Positions 28,082 to 38,494 are shown, counted from the stretch's first letter. The stretch: 64,000 bases of DNA from Candidatus Nomurabacteria bacterium CG1_02_43_90 (GCA_001871765.1 MNVN01000010.1:74-64073), one strand, 5' to 3'. A program made the numbers and translations. Notes: generated by a model from the letters alone, not told the origin.

Positions 28082-29614
28082 CTACCTTGCGTACTCGATA
28101 GCTCGTGATTCGCGGATGACTGCCACTTTTATTTCTCCTGGGTATTTAAGCTCCTTCTCTATACGCAAAGCAATCTCTCGTGCAAGATTTTTGCTCTCAA
28201 GATCGCTGATCTCCTCAGACTTCACAAAAATACGTAATTCTCTACCAGCTTGTATGGCATAGGTCTTTTCGACAGCAGGGAAGGATTTTGCGATACTTTC
28301 GAGGTCTTCGAGGCGTTTAAGGTAGTTTTCTGTGGAGTCACGGCGCGCCCCTGGACGTCCTCCTGAAACAGAGTCAGCAGTCTGTACGATGATAGATTCT
28401 AGTGTTTCATAGGGGTATTCTTCATGGTGCGACTGCATTGCTTGGATGATTCGGGGATCAGTGTCAAATTTTTGAAGAATACGCCGACCTATTTCTACGT
28501 GCGTTCCCTGTACTTCGTGGTCCACTGCCTTTCCAAGGTCGTGGAGGAGTGCTCCGGCTTTTGCAACGGCAACATTTCCCCCTATTTCCTCTGCGATCAT
28601 TCCGGAAATATGCGCCATTTCAATAGAATGCTGAAGCACGTTTTGTCCATAACTTGTGCGAAAATGGAGACGTCCAAGAATTGCGATGACGTGGGGATCA
28701 AGATTAAACACGCCACACTCGTATGCCGCCTGCTCTCCTTTTTCTTTTGTGATCTTGGTAATCTCGTCTTGTGCCTTTGCGACTGCTTCCTCGATCTTTG
28801 CTGGCTGGATACGTCCATCAGCAATCAGGTTTTCGAGTGCAACACGTGCAATTTGCCGACGGATGGGGTCAAACGAAGAGATGAGAATTGAACCAGGGGT
28901 ATCGTCAATCACCACTTCAACTCCTGCAGCACGCTCAAATGCACGAATGTTACGGCCTTCCTTTCCGATAATCTTTCCTTTGATTTCGTCTGAAGGGATA
29001 GGAACCGATGTCGCCATAATTTCTGAAGCTGTTGAACTGGCAAGGCGTTGAATTGAAGTAGCAAGAATATCGCGTGCTTTTGCAAGCAAACGTTCCTCCC
29101 CATTTTGTTCAATTTTTTTCATACGCGCCAGAATGTCTTCCTCGGAACGTTTCTCTACTCGTTCAAGAAGTTCTTCTTTTGCTTCGGTGCTTTCAAGGTG
29201 TGCGATTCGCTCAAGTTCGTGTTCCGCAAGTTCGTTTTTCTTGGTTACTTTTTCGCGAATTATTTCTATTTCTTCGCTTTTTTCTTTTATCCCTGCAACT
29301 TCGTTATCAATATCACTTTGTCGTTTGTCGAGGAATTCCTCTCTTTTAATGAGTCGTTCCTCTGTTTTTTTGAACCGTTCTTCATGCTCATGCTCTTTTT
29401 TGTGGAATTCTCGTTCGTAGATTTCGGCTTTCCGGTCGGCTTCCTCGAGGATCTTCTGTGCTTCCTCTTTTGCAGAAAGGAGTACTTGTTTCACTTCAAG
29501 TTCGATAGATCCTTTTTTTGAAACGCTGATAAACCAGCGTAAAAGGTACCCAAGTGCCGCACCGACCAGAATTGCCATCACGCCACCAAGCGTGAGTGCA
29601 ATGTTAATGTCCAT
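28082..29614 (-). CDS. rny: ribonuclease Y
   Basis: N-terminal TM and coiled coil, KH (KGKIIGKEGRNIR), RTSYGQN, HD (LLHDLGKA), RPGAR. Confidence 0.97.
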   Translation of the reverse strand: MDINIALTLGGVMAILVGAALGYLLRWFISVSKKGSIELEVKQVLLSAKEEAQKILEEADRKAEIYEREFHKKEHEHEERFKKTEERLIKREEFLDKRQSDIDNEVAGIKEKSEEIEIIREKVTKKNELAEHELERIAHLESTEAKEELLERVEKRSEEDILARMKKIEQNGEERLLAKARDILATSIQRLASSTASEIMATSVPIPSDEIKGKIIGKEGRNIRAFERAAGVEVVIDDTPGSILISSFDPIRRQIARVALENLIADGRIQPAKIEEAVAKAQDEITKITKEKGEQAAYECGVFNLDPHVIAILGRLHFRTSYGQNVLQHSIEMAHISGMIAEEIGGNVAVAKAGALLHDLGKAVDHEVQGTHVEIGRRILQKFDTDPRIIQAMQSHHEEYPYETLESIIVQTADSVSGGRPGARRDSTENYLKRLEDLESIAKSFPAVEKTYAIQAGRELRIFVKSEEISDLESKNLAREIALRIEKELKYPGEIKVAVIRESRAIEYAR

Positions 29615-29792
29615 ATGTTTTGATAGTCCGCGAAACCTAGAAAATCGTTTATTTCCCTAGGTTATTTGGGTGATTATGTTGGTAATAAGTGTCAATTTAA
29701 ATTTAAAGTAAGAACACTTTTATACTACCTTGAAAATGGGAGAATGTCCATTTTGTTGTTTTTGTGGATACCAGCGCAATCGTTTGAGTTAT

Positions 29793-29844
29793 ATACAAAA
29801 AACAGCTGAGCCATTTTTGAAAATGGCTCAGCTGTTTTTTGTAT
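29793..29844. terminator. clpP terminator (25-bp perfect IR)
   Basis: atacaaaaaacagctgagccatttt-tg-aaaatggctcagctgttttttgtat. Confidence 0.8.
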
Positions 29845-29853
29845 GCCCTCTGT

Positions 29854-30450
29854 TTATCCGCGGGGATTCTTCGGTTTGTAGATTTCATCAACAATGCCGT
29901 ATTTCTTTGCATCGTCTGCGTACATATAGAAATTACGGTCCGCGTCTTTCTCTACCTGTGCAAGAGGCTTGCCGGTATTCTTTGCTAAAATTTTGTTGAG
30001 ATTTTCTTTGGTCCTCAAAATATGTTTTGCAGAAATGGCAATATCAGATGCTTGCCCTTCGGTACCACCGAGTGGTTGGTGAATCATCACTTCGGCATTA
30101 GGGAGAATGAAACGTTTACCCTTTGCACCTGCAGAAAGAAGTACTGCCCCCATGGATGCTGCCATTCCTACGCAAATAGTCGCAACATCAGGTTTCACGT
30201 GTTGCATGGTATCGTAGAGTGCCATACCCGCAGTAACTGAACCACCTGGTGAGTTGATGTAAAGGTAGATGTCCTTCTTCGCATCTTCTGATTCGAGGAA
30301 GAGGAGTTGCGCAATGGCGATGTTTGCAGAATCATCATCGATGACCCCCGTGAGAAAAATGATGCGCTCTTTGAGAAGTCGTGAATAAATATCATAGGCG
30401 CGTTCGCCTTGTTGTGATTTTTCAATAACTGTTGGTATTAAGTAAGACAT
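29854..30450 (-). CDS. clpP: ATP-dependent Clp protease proteolytic subunit
   Basis: [34 protein letters not shown]; true start MSYLIPTV at 30450. Confidence 0.97.
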   Translation of the reverse strand: MSYLIPTVIEKSQQGERAYDIYSRLLKERIIFLTGVIDDDSANIAIAQLLFLESEDAKKDIYLYINSPGGSVTAGMALYDTMQHVKPDVATICVGMAASMGAVLLSAGAKGKRFILPNAEVMIHQPLGGTEGQASDIAISAKHILRTKENLNKILAKNTGKPLAQVEKDADRNFYMYADDAKKYGIVDEIYKPKNPRG

Positions 30451-30601
30451 AAGAGGATAATACCACATGATGAAACGAGTGCAATCATTGACAAATAATA
30501 ATAAATATGCCGCCTTATTGTCAGTGGCGCTTGGCTGGCAGATTAACCAGAAATACCTGTGAGTAGCGGGTATCATGTTCTATTACAAAAGGAGAAATGT
30601 C

Positions 30602-31198
30602 ATGAGTAATGACAACGAAGTACTTGCCCGCATTTTAAAACTGCTTGCATCGATCCTCAAGATGGTTGTGGATGGAAAGCGTGACGCAGAAATGGTTGCA
30701 GACTGTTTGCAAAGGATTGTTAATGAGGGAGAGATTGGTGCTGTCATCATCGTCGACCGCAATGTGCGCCCGACCTATCCTGGCTGGATAAAAAGCGTGT
30801 TGTATCCAGAAATAGAAAACACGGGCCCGAGCGAGTTCGAGGCAAGTAAGCTTGACCAGTGGTTTCACAACAACCAAAAGACGGGAGTTGTGACAGGCAA
30901 TGTCATTCACGAGCATATCAAGAGCAACAATATGCTCGAAGGGTGTCTCGGACTGCGTGACCTCGAAGAAATATAAAAAAGACATTTTCTTTTTTATGGA
31001 CACTTCAAAGGTAAGGCAGTATTCGGTTGGAAGTCGATCGTACGGCGCGCCGGTAGCAGCCTTCACGCGCCGTGTCTCCTTGAGCGCGGTGGTGAGGTTG
31101 TGCTCTGTTGGTACTGGCTTGACGACGACTGGAGCTCCTACCACTCGGCTCTCCGCTTCGCAACTCACTTCATTTCAAAACTCCCCACTTTTACTTGA
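30602..31198 (+). pseudogene. DGR target-like (CLec-type) gene interrupted by an in-frame TAA at 30974
   Basis: SD GGAG before ATG 30602; frame continues past the stop as HFKGKAVFGWKSIV...WYWLDDDWSSYHSALRFA; adenine-depleted 3' end. Confidence 0.7.
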
Positions 31199-31289
31199 GG
31201 TTTTGTTTTTTGTACTGAGCTGTTAGACAGTATTTTTACTGTAGTGACAATGTATTGATAGAAAATTTTAGGAGGTATATACTTTTCAT

Positions 31290-31484
31290 ATGAACACAAC
31301 GCTACAAATTCTGCTGGATCAGAAGATGAAAAGTGAGGCGAGTAAAATCTTTAAGTCTATTGGAATCACGCTCTCTAGCGGTCTTAAGTTATATTTGGCG
31401 TACGTAGTAAATACGGCGAGGATACCCTTTGATATATCTGCAACAGATAATATTTCCGAGTCTAAAAAGAAAAAAGTTAAATAA
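31290..31484 (+). CDS. RelB/DinJ family antitoxin (orphan)
   Basis: TTLQILLDQKMKSEASKIFKSIGITLSSGLKLYL...RIPF. Confidence 0.8.
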   Translation: MNTTLQILLDQKMKSEASKIFKSIGITLSSGLKLYLAYVVNTARIPFDISATDNISESKKKKVK

Positions 31485-31486
31485 TT

Positions 31487-32197
31487 ATGCGATTGCACCG
31501 ATTTTTTACAGAGGAGAAGATTCCTACGAGCGGAGAGTTTTCTGTTACGAATGAAACTCTGCTCAATCAATGGCGGAATGTTTTGCGTATGGAAGTGGGG
31601 AAGAGCCTCATACTTTTTGATGGGACGGGAGATGAAGTGTTGTGTGAAGTTGTTTCACTTACAAAAAAAAGTGCAACGTTGAAAATACAGGAACGGGAAC
31701 AAGGAGTTGCCCCCACTCGAAAGGTTACGCTCTATATGACGCTCATCAAGAAAGATAATTTTGAAATGATCCTCGAGAAGGCGACGGAACTTGGTGTGTC
31801 GCGTATTGTACCTATAGAAACAAGTCGCACGGAAAAGAAAGGCGTGAACTATGAGCGCGCTCGAAAGATTGTTCGTGAAGCATCGGAGCAGTCGGGGCGA
31901 GCAACGGTGCCGACGGTCTGTGAAATCGTTCATATTTCGGACCTCTCAGGAAGGCCCGGCCTTCCTGAGAGTGAGGGGTTGGTGGTATTTGATCCCCGCG
32001 GTGAAAAAAGCGCCCGCGCTTTTTTCACCGCGGGCGACACTACCCCCGTCGCACTCCTTATTGGTCCCGAAGGTGGTTTCACTGATGAAGAGATGGCACG
32101 GTTTTACTCACGTAACGTACATGTGGTTAGCATGGGTACACAAATTCTCCGTGCAGAGACCGCGGCTGTGGTGGCGTTGGCGATGGTCCTTGTTTAA
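31487..32197 (+). CDS. rsmE: 16S rRNA m3U1498 methyltransferase RsmE
   Basis: NVLRM, KATELGV, EASEQSGR, LIGPEGGF, ILRAETAA. Confidence 0.96.
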   Translation: MRLHRFFTEEKIPTSGEFSVTNETLLNQWRNVLRMEVGKSLILFDGTGDEVLCEVVSLTKKSATLKIQEREQGVAPTRKVTLYMTLIKKDNFEMILEKATELGVSRIVPIETSRTEKKGVNYERARKIVREASEQSGRATVPTVCEIVHISDLSGRPGLPESEGLVVFDPRGEKSARAFFTAGDTTPVALLIGPEGGFTDEEMARFYSRNVHVVSMGTQILRAETAAVVALAMVLV

Positions 32198-32198
32198 A

Positions 32199-32243
32199 TA
32201 TATACAAAAAAGACCGACGTGATGTCGGTCTTTTTTGTATATA
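32199..32243. terminator. bidirectional terminator (20-bp perfect IR)
   Basis: tatatacaaaaaagaccgac-gtgat-gtcggtcttttttgtatata between rsmE and tig. Confidence 0.8.
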
Positions 32244-32249
32244 GTATCT

Positions 32250-33269
32250 TTACTTCTGCCCCTCCAAGAACTGGAAGACTTTTTCGTTGCCGAGCATCAT
32301 TTCGAGGCGGAGGCGGACGCGGCCTTCGTCGGCGTCTTTGTATTGTTCGGTAAAAAATTTCACTTCGCGATCGAGGTCTTCTTTGAGGACTTCAAGCTTC
32401 TCTTCTTCTGCGATACGGGTAAGGGCGATTTGAACTTTTGCACGTTTCTCTGCGTCAGGAACCCATTCTTTGCGCATGTCCTCCTCGGTCTTTTTGATGG
32501 TGGTGAGGTATTCTTCAAACTTCATCCCCATCTGCTCTACATCATGACGGAACTGCCCCATCATGCGAGTAAGCTCACCGTCGATGAATACTTTCGGAAG
32601 TTTCACCGTCATACCGTCTGTTATCTTTTCCATCGTTTGCATGCGCTTCTTTTCACGGGTGCGGTTTGTCTTTTCATGAGTGATGGATTCGCGAACTTTT
32701 GATTTGAATTCATCTACGGTTGCGAATGGTCCAAACTTTTGTGCGAGCTCGTCGGTGACTTCAGGAAGTATTTCCTTCCCGTCGGCGTCCTTGGTGGCAA
32801 ACTGCTTGCGGAGTTCATTTACTGCTTGCTCGACTTCTTCATCGGTTGCCTCAGGTGCTTCGTCCTTCGTGATCATTACTTCTTTGGCCAGCGCTTTGTA
32901 TTCGGGAAGGGTAATCTCAGGCATGACTTGAAAGGTGAGAGTGAACTCAAAAGGATTACCCTTTGCGAGTTTGGTTACGGCGACGCTTGGCATACCTACT
33001 GCATGGATTTTGTGACGTTTTAAAATTTCTGGATATGCATGGTCAATAGCGAGATTTGCCATTTCTTCGTTGATAAGTGCTTCACCAAACTTTTGCGTAA
33101 TCATTGTTTCGGGAACATGTCCTTTCCGGAATCCGGGGAGTGAAATTTCCTCACCTACTTTTTTGAGTGCAACGGCGCGTTCTTTTTCAAAGATGTCGGC
33201 AGGAATCTCGCACGTAATCATGACTTCGCTTTCGGGAAGATCTTTTATGGTTGTTTTTATTTCATTCAT
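32250..33269 (-). CDS. tig: trigger factor (lacking the PPIase domain)
   Basis: LPGFRKGHVP ribosome-binding motif, PEITLPEYK, C-terminal domain; only 339 aa; start MNEIKT. Confidence 0.93.
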   Translation of the reverse strand: MNEIKTTIKDLPESEVMITCEIPADIFEKERAVALKKVGEEISLPGFRKGHVPETMITQKFGEALINEEMANLAIDHAYPEILKRHKIHAVGMPSVAVTKLAKGNPFEFTLTFQVMPEITLPEYKALAKEVMITKDEAPEATDEEVEQAVNELRKQFATKDADGKEILPEVTDELAQKFGPFATVDEFKSKVRESITHEKTNRTREKKRMQTMEKITDGMTVKLPKVFIDGELTRMMGQFRHDVEQMGMKFEEYLTTIKKTEEDMRKEWVPDAEKRAKVQIALTRIAEEEKLEVLKEDLDREVKFFTEQYKDADEGRVRLRLEMMLGNEKVFQFLEGQK

Positions 33270-33307
33270 AGGTTCATAATATAGCGTCTTTGGGGGCGTT
33301 TTGCAAT

Positions 33308-33356
33308 CCACTACACAAAGGGGCGCGACCTTCGGTCGCGCCCCTTTGTGTAGTGG
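33308..33356. terminator. 23-bp perfect inverted repeat
   Basis: ccactacacaaaggggcgcgacc-ttc-ggtcgcgcccctttgtgtagtgg. Confidence 0.7.
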
Positions 33357-33377
33357 GAGGATTACCTAATTTTGTGT

Positions 33378-33686
33378 TTAAAACGTAATGTCCTTTAGTC
33401 CTGCTGTGATGTTAGAGAGATCAGTTGTATTGAGGTCTTTTTTGATATCCGTGATGCTTGTGGAGGTTCCTTGTGCTGATAGTTTTGAAACGACCGCATC
33501 GTTCTCTGCGCCAGTTTCTGGAGTAAAAGCTTGATTCATTTCTTCTGCTACAGAAGGAACTTTTTTAAGTGAATAAAAAGCGCCAACACCAAGAAGGCCT
33601 ACGATGATGATGATACTAATGATAACACCAAAAGGAGTCTTCTCTTCCTGTGTCCCTGGTAATATCGTATTTGTTTCTTGTTCCAT
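33378..33686 (-). CDS. small single-TM hypothetical protein
   Basis: GVIISIIIIVGLLGVGAFY TM; QGTSTSITDIKKDL motif typical of Parcubacteria. Confidence 0.75.
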   Translation of the reverse strand: MEQETNTILPGTQEEKTPFGVIISIIIIVGLLGVGAFYSLKKVPSVAEEMNQAFTPETGAENDAVVSKLSAQGTSTSITDIKKDLNTTDLSNITAGLKDITF

Positions 33687-33707
33687 GATAATGATGAAGT
33701 TATGAGG

Positions 33708-34529
33708 TTATTTTATTATTGAGATTGCTTGAGCAATTTCGTTTTGTGCATCCTGAATGTTTTGCACGGCTTCTTTTATGAGGGGTTCTGTTGCAAGAAG
33801 GCCTTCTTTTGGTGCTTGGCTTGCAAGTGCGCTCGTTATCTCAAATTTCACCGTGATTGTTTTTGCGCGCGCTTCGTCAAGATTTGTTTTTGCACTGGCG
33901 AGATGCGAACGAGAGACGGATACGTCACTCCCTTTTGCTTCAAGTGTATCAAGGGCTAGGGAGACACGGTCAGAGATTTTTTGTATGCGGTCTGTTGCGG
34001 TATTAAGACGAATGCCGACGAGATGTGCTTGCTGGTTCGCGAGTTCAATACGCTTTTTCTGTGCAACGTCTTTGATTGAGTTGGTGCGATTCTGAATTTC
34101 TTTGCGCATTTCGGTGGTTGAGGCCTGGAGCATTCTTTCTCGATCTTGTATCTCCTTGCGTGCTTCAGTTGTCGATGCTTGGAATACTCGTATTTTACCT
34201 CGAACATCTTTTTGTATTTCCGTGGTTGAGGCACGAAGCATTCGTTCGCGGGCCTGCATTTTTTGAGCTTTTGCATTCATTTCGACCCTAATGTTATTTC
34301 GCATTTGGGTTGTCGATGCTACAAAATCTTTACGTACGGTGTTTGCTTCTTGTCGAAGGTCGCGGAGCTCTGGGCGCACTCCTATCGGAGGAACGGGTGG
34401 CATCATAATTCCAGGACGCGCATTCATCGTCGCCTCTCCTGATACCGTTGTCTCAATACTCTGCGCGCTCGCAATCATTGCTCCTCCTGCTAAAAGAGCG
34501 AGAGCAATAGCACTAATGTTTTTCTTCAT
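33708..34529 (-). CDS. secreted coiled-coil protein with ASTT repeats
   Basis: Signal peptide MKKNISAIALALL; ASTT motif four times, last three at 18-aa spacing. Confidence 0.75.
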   Translation of the reverse strand: MKKNISAIALALLAGGAMIASAQSIETTVSGEATMNARPGIMMPPVPPIGVRPELRDLRQEANTVRKDFVASTTQMRNNIRVEMNAKAQKMQARERMLRASTTEIQKDVRGKIRVFQASTTEARKEIQDRERMLQASTTEMRKEIQNRTNSIKDVAQKKRIELANQQAHLVGIRLNTATDRIQKISDRVSLALDTLEAKGSDVSVSRSHLASAKTNLDEARAKTITVKFEITSALASQAPKEGLLATEPLIKEAVQNIQDAQNEIAQAISIIK

Positions 34530-34748
34530 GTGGTATATCATTAAAAATTCTCTGCCTATTAAAACAACCTTTTACACACATCTAGTATACAAGAACAGAA
34601 AAAACTCCACAATGTTATATGCCTGGCATGAGCATGTCTTTTGCATCGGTTGAGTAAGGTTCGTTCGCGAGGATAGAAGTTTTCCTTCCCACAAAAAAAC
34701 ACCGGCTAGTCGGTGTTTTTTTGTGGAATAACAGAACACTCCCTGCGA

Positions 34749-35279
34749 TTACTTTCCCTGATCTTTTTTGTACAATTCAATACTCTTCAATACTGCTTGG
34801 TGGGCGGCGTCCTTGCCTTCGAAACCAGAAACTTCTACGATTTTGTTTTGAATTTTTTTGTAAGTGGTAAAGAAGTGCTCCATTTCTTTGAGTGTGTGTT
34901 TGTTGATGTCGCCGAGATCCTGTACTTCTGACCAGCGTGGATCATCAAGCGGTACGGCAATCACCTTGTCGTCGCCCTCGCCAGAATCGGTCATATGCAT
35001 AATAGCAACAGGGCGGACGGCTACGAGAATACCAGGGAAAAGTGGATACGTGGTGAGGATGACTACGTCGAGTGCATCACCGTCATCCCAGAGTGTCTGA
35101 GGTGCAAAGCCATAATCAAACGGATAATCTTGAGAGGTGTGCATTGCGCGGTCGAGGGCAATCAGTCCTGTTTCTTTATCAATCTCGTATTTATTTTTTG
35201 AACCTTTTGGAATTTCAACGATGACGTTGATTTCTTCAGGAACATTTTTACCAAGGGAAACATCGTGCCATAAGTTCAT
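34749..35279 (-). CDS. ppa: family I inorganic pyrophosphatase
   Basis: VEIPKGSKNKYE, LDR, YGFAPQT, DGDALDV, DDKVIAV. Confidence 0.97.
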   Translation of the reverse strand: MNLWHDVSLGKNVPEEINVIVEIPKGSKNKYEIDKETGLIALDRAMHTSQDYPFDYGFAPQTLWDDGDALDVVILTTYPLFPGILVAVRPVAIMHMTDSGEGDDKVIAVPLDDPRWSEVQDLGDINKHTLKEMEHFFTTYKKIQNKIVEVSGFEGKDAAHQAVLKSIELYKKDQGK

Positions 35280-35319
35280 GATAGTTAATAGTTAATAGTC
35301 ATTAGGAAGTGTGCGAGCT

Positions 35320-36564
35320 TTATTCCGTAGCAGTGGGGGTCTCTTCGACAATAATAGGGGTCTCTATTGCTACTTCTGTTTTTTCAACAGAAGGTTCTTC
35401 TGCTGATTCAGCTGTTGCCACTACTTCACCAGGGAGTCCAACAATATCGAGCTTCCATCCGGTAAGCTTTGCGGCAAGGCGTACATTTTGTCCTCCGCGA
35501 CCAATAGCAAGTGATTGCTGATCGGCAGAAACGGTAACGGTAGCCTGGTGGTTTTCTTCATTGATTTCAACAGACTGAACGTGTGCAGGAGAGAGTGCAT
35601 CCTCGATGAACTTCTTTGCATCTTCTGACCATACGATGAGGTCGATTTTTTCTCCGCCGAGTTCGCTCATGACGGTTGATACACGCACGCCACGTTGTCC
35701 TACACAGGATCCGATAGGATCAATGTGTTCATCACTTGAGGTCACCGCAATCTTTGCGCGGGAACCTGCTTCGCGGGCGATTGATTTGATTTGCACCGTA
35801 CCTGCTGCTACTTCGGGCGCTTCTTGTGCAAAGAGCTTCTCGATCATCTTTGGGTGGGAGCGAGAAAGGCGTACGTCAATACCACGAGGAGTCTCTTCTA
35901 CTTTGTAGAGGTAGGCATGAATGCGCTCACCTTGCTTGTAGTGTTCGCCAGGAATCTGATCTTCGTAGGCGAGGAGTCCTGTTGTTTTGCCAAGGTCGAC
36001 AAAAATGTTGCCCCGCTCCATGCGCTGTACTGTACCCTGCACAATGTCCCCTTGCTTACTTCCGTATTCACCGATGATAGAAACTTTCTCTGCTTCGCGG
36101 ATACGTTGAATAATCACCTGTTTTGCCGTCTGTGCAGCAATGCGACCGTAGTCGTCATGTGCTTCGAGGGGGAAGATGATTTCGTCGCCAGAAACAGCAT
36201 CACGTTTGATACGGCGTGCATCCTCGATAATAATGTCATGTTCGAGACTAAAGCGACGGAGAGAGATTTCTTCGCCTTCTGCCAACCCTTCATTGAGTTT
36301 CGCTTCTTTTGCAGCAGCTTCCTCGTCAGTTTCTTCGGGCATACGTACGGCGGTTTCATCAACCACGATTTTTACTTGTACGAATTCTGTTTTTCCTGAG
36401 TTTATGTCAAAAACGGCGCGTACAATCTGCCCTTTTTTCCCAAAGTCTTTTTTGTATGCGGCCGCGAGCGCTTGCTCTATTGCTTCAATAATCTTTTCGC
36501 GCGGGATGCCACGCTCTTGCTCGAGTTGCTCAAGTGCTAACCCCAATTGTTTTAAGTCTAACAT
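35320..36564 (-). CDS. nusA: transcription termination/antitermination factor NusA
   Basis: GRIAAQTAKQVIIQ, S1 domain, AREAGSRAKIAV, LAIGRGGQNVRLAAKLTGW. Confidence 0.97.
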   Translation of the reverse strand: MLDLKQLGLALEQLEQERGIPREKIIEAIEQALAAAYKKDFGKKGQIVRAVFDINSGKTEFVQVKIVVDETAVRMPEETDEEAAAKEAKLNEGLAEGEEISLRRFSLEHDIIIEDARRIKRDAVSGDEIIFPLEAHDDYGRIAAQTAKQVIIQRIREAEKVSIIGEYGSKQGDIVQGTVQRMERGNIFVDLGKTTGLLAYEDQIPGEHYKQGERIHAYLYKVEETPRGIDVRLSRSHPKMIEKLFAQEAPEVAAGTVQIKSIAREAGSRAKIAVTSSDEHIDPIGSCVGQRGVRVSTVMSELGGEKIDLIVWSEDAKKFIEDALSPAHVQSVEINEENHQATVTVSADQQSLAIGRGGQNVRLAAKLTGWKLDIVGLPGEVVATAESAEEPSVEKTEVAIETPIIVEETPTATE

Positions 36565-36684
36565 GGTTGATTTCCGGAAATTTTTAATAAAAATTGCCCG
36601 TTTTCGAGACGGACATTAACTTTTTTATTATAGCAAATGGTCAATAGTGAGTCAATGTCTGTTTTTTGGGATAAAATTTTTCTC

Positions 36685-36724
36685 TACCCCCGCGCATGAT
36701 TGCACTCAATCATGCGCGGGGGTA
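36685..36724. repeat. 18-bp perfect inverted repeat abutting the pilB -10 box
   Basis: tacccccgcgcatgattg-cact-caatcatgcgcgggggta overlapping TATACT at 36723. Confidence 0.8.
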
Positions 36725-36739
36725 TACTAGAGGTATCTT

Positions 36740-38494
36740 ATGGTCGTTAATAATGAAAAGTTAAAAGAGTTTATTGCTGACTCCGGCTTGGTCCCGCGCG
36801 CGGAACTTGATGACGCAGAAAAACGCTCGCTCGAAAAGAAAATATACTTAGGAGAAACACTTGTTTCGGAAGGAAAGCTTTCTGAAGACGACCTCCGCCG
36901 TACCGAGGCATATATTCTCGGTATTCCTTTTGTAAATTTGAAAGGACAAAAAATTGATATTGCCGTATTGTCACTCATTCCTGAACCGATTGCGCGGAAG
37001 CACAATCTTGTAGCGTTCAAAAAAACTCCCACGGTGCTTGAGGTCGCCATGCTCGACACGAATGACCTTACGGCTATTGAATTTGTAAAAAAGAAAGTAG
37101 GACTCAAAATTTTACCGCGTCTTACCGACAAGGACTCCATCAAGGGAACGTTGTTGCAATACCAAAAAAGTCTCAAGGCAGAGTTTGGCGATATTATTGA
37201 AAAAGAGGCGAACTCCCTTAAGGCTATTACCGAAGGAGAAGGGGAGGAAGGGCAGAGCGAAGAAGATCTTAAAAAGCTCGCAGAAGATTTGCCGGTGGTA
37301 AAGATTGTGGACACCCTTTTGAGCCACGCTATCATTCAAGGCGCATCAGATATTCATATTGAGCCGATGGATACCCAAGTGGTCATTCGTTACCGCATCG
37401 ACGGTATGCTTCATGACGCGATGATCTTGCCCAAAACAGCAGCACCAGGAATTGTTGCACGTATCAAAGTTCTCTCCAACTTAAAGCTGGATGAAAAACG
37501 TTTACCGCAAGACGGTCGTTTCAAGATTGAGTCAGCAGGAGAAAAGGTTGCTTTCCGCGTCTCCACTCTCCCCGTGTATTACGGTGAAAAAACCGTTATG
37601 CGTCTTTTGCGTGAGTCGGTCTCGGGCTTCACGCTTGAAGGTCTCGGGTTTCATGGTGTCGGACTTGAGCGTATTTATGAAGCTACGAAACAGCGTGTGG
37701 GTATGATTTTGACCACAGGACCAACAGGGTCAGGTAAGTCAACAACACTCTATACTATTTTGGATATTTTGAATGAGCCGGATGTAAATATTTCAACGAT
37801 TGAAGATCCTATCGAGTACCAAATGACCCGCGTGAATCAAACACAAGTAAAAACAGAGATTGGTCTGACCTTTGCTTCAGGTCTGCGCTCTCTCGTGCGT
37901 CAAGATCCTGACATTATCATGGTGGGGGAAATTCGTGATAATGAAACTGCATCGCTTGCGGTAAACGCAGCACTCACGGGACACCTCGTGCTTTCGACGC
38001 TCCACACTAACTCTGCCGCCGCGACAATGCCTCGTCTTCTCGATATGGATATCGAGCCATTTCTCATTGTTTCGACAATCAACGTCATTATTGCTCAGCG
38101 CTTGGTTCGCCGTCTCTGCAATGTAAAAGAAAAATATGTTCTTACTCCTGCGGAAATTACCGCCCTTAAAAAATCAGTAGACATTGACCGTGTCATGAAA
38201 GTATTGAAAGAGGAAAATGTTGTGTCGCCGAATGTAACATGGGCAGATGTGCCATTTTATCGTTCCAAAAAATCAGAGGAATGCGAAGACGGGTACAAGG
38301 GTCGTGTGGGAATTCACGAAATTTTAAAAATGTCACCAACTATTCGTGATCTCATTATGAAAGGAGCAACTCCCGTCGAGATAGAAGAGCAAGCAAAAAA
38401 AGAAGGCATGACCACGATGCTTGAGGATGGTATTGTGAAAGCGGTACAAGGGGTGACTACGATTGAGGAAGTATTGCGCGTGGTGTCGGAATAA
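36740..38494 (+). CDS. pilB: type IV pilus assembly ATPase PilB/GspE
   Basis: ASDIHIEP, RLPQDGR, GPTGSGKSTTLY, RQDPDIIMVGEIRD, TGHLVLSTLHTN. Confidence 0.95.
   Translation: MVVNNEKLKEFIADSGLVPRAELDDAEKRSLEKKIYLGETLVSEGKLSEDDLRRTEAYILGIPFVNLKGQKIDIAVLSLIPEPIARKHNLVAFKKTPTVLEVAMLDTNDLTAIEFVKKKVGLKILPRLTDKDSIKGTLLQYQKSLKAEFGDIIEKEANSLKAITEGEGEEGQSEEDLKKLAEDLPVVKIVDTLLSHAIIQGASDIHIEPMDTQVVIRYRIDGMLHDAMILPKTAAPGIVARIKVLSNLKLDEKRLPQDGRFKIESAGEKVAFRVSTLPVYYGEKTVMRLLRESVSGFTLEGLGFHGVGLERIYEATKQRVGMILTTGPTGSGKSTTLYTILDILNEPDVNISTIEDPIEYQMTRVNQTQVKTEIGLTFASGLRSLVRQDPDIIMVGEIRDNETASLAVNAALTGHLVLSTLHTNSAAATMPRLLDMDIEPFLIVSTINVIIAQRLVRRLCNVKEKYVLTPAEITALKKSVDIDRVMKVLKEENVVSPNVTWADVPFYRSKKSEECEDGYKGRVGIHEILKMSPTIRDLIMKGATPVEIEEQAKKEGMTTMLEDGIVKAVQGVTTIEEVLRVVSE

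Noticed and set aside
30974-30976. Stop-codon reassignment as the reason for the internal TAA
   Set aside because: TAA terminates many conserved genes here and core genes are intact under code 11
30635-31226. ORFs 30635-31168 (-) and 30900-31226 (+)
   Set aside because: Better explained as shadows of the interrupted 30602-31198 frame; the A-poor tail suppresses stop codons
32250-33269. Trigger factor lacking the PPIase domain as a novelty
   Set aside because: To my knowledge this is common in Patescibacteria; recorded as a feature only
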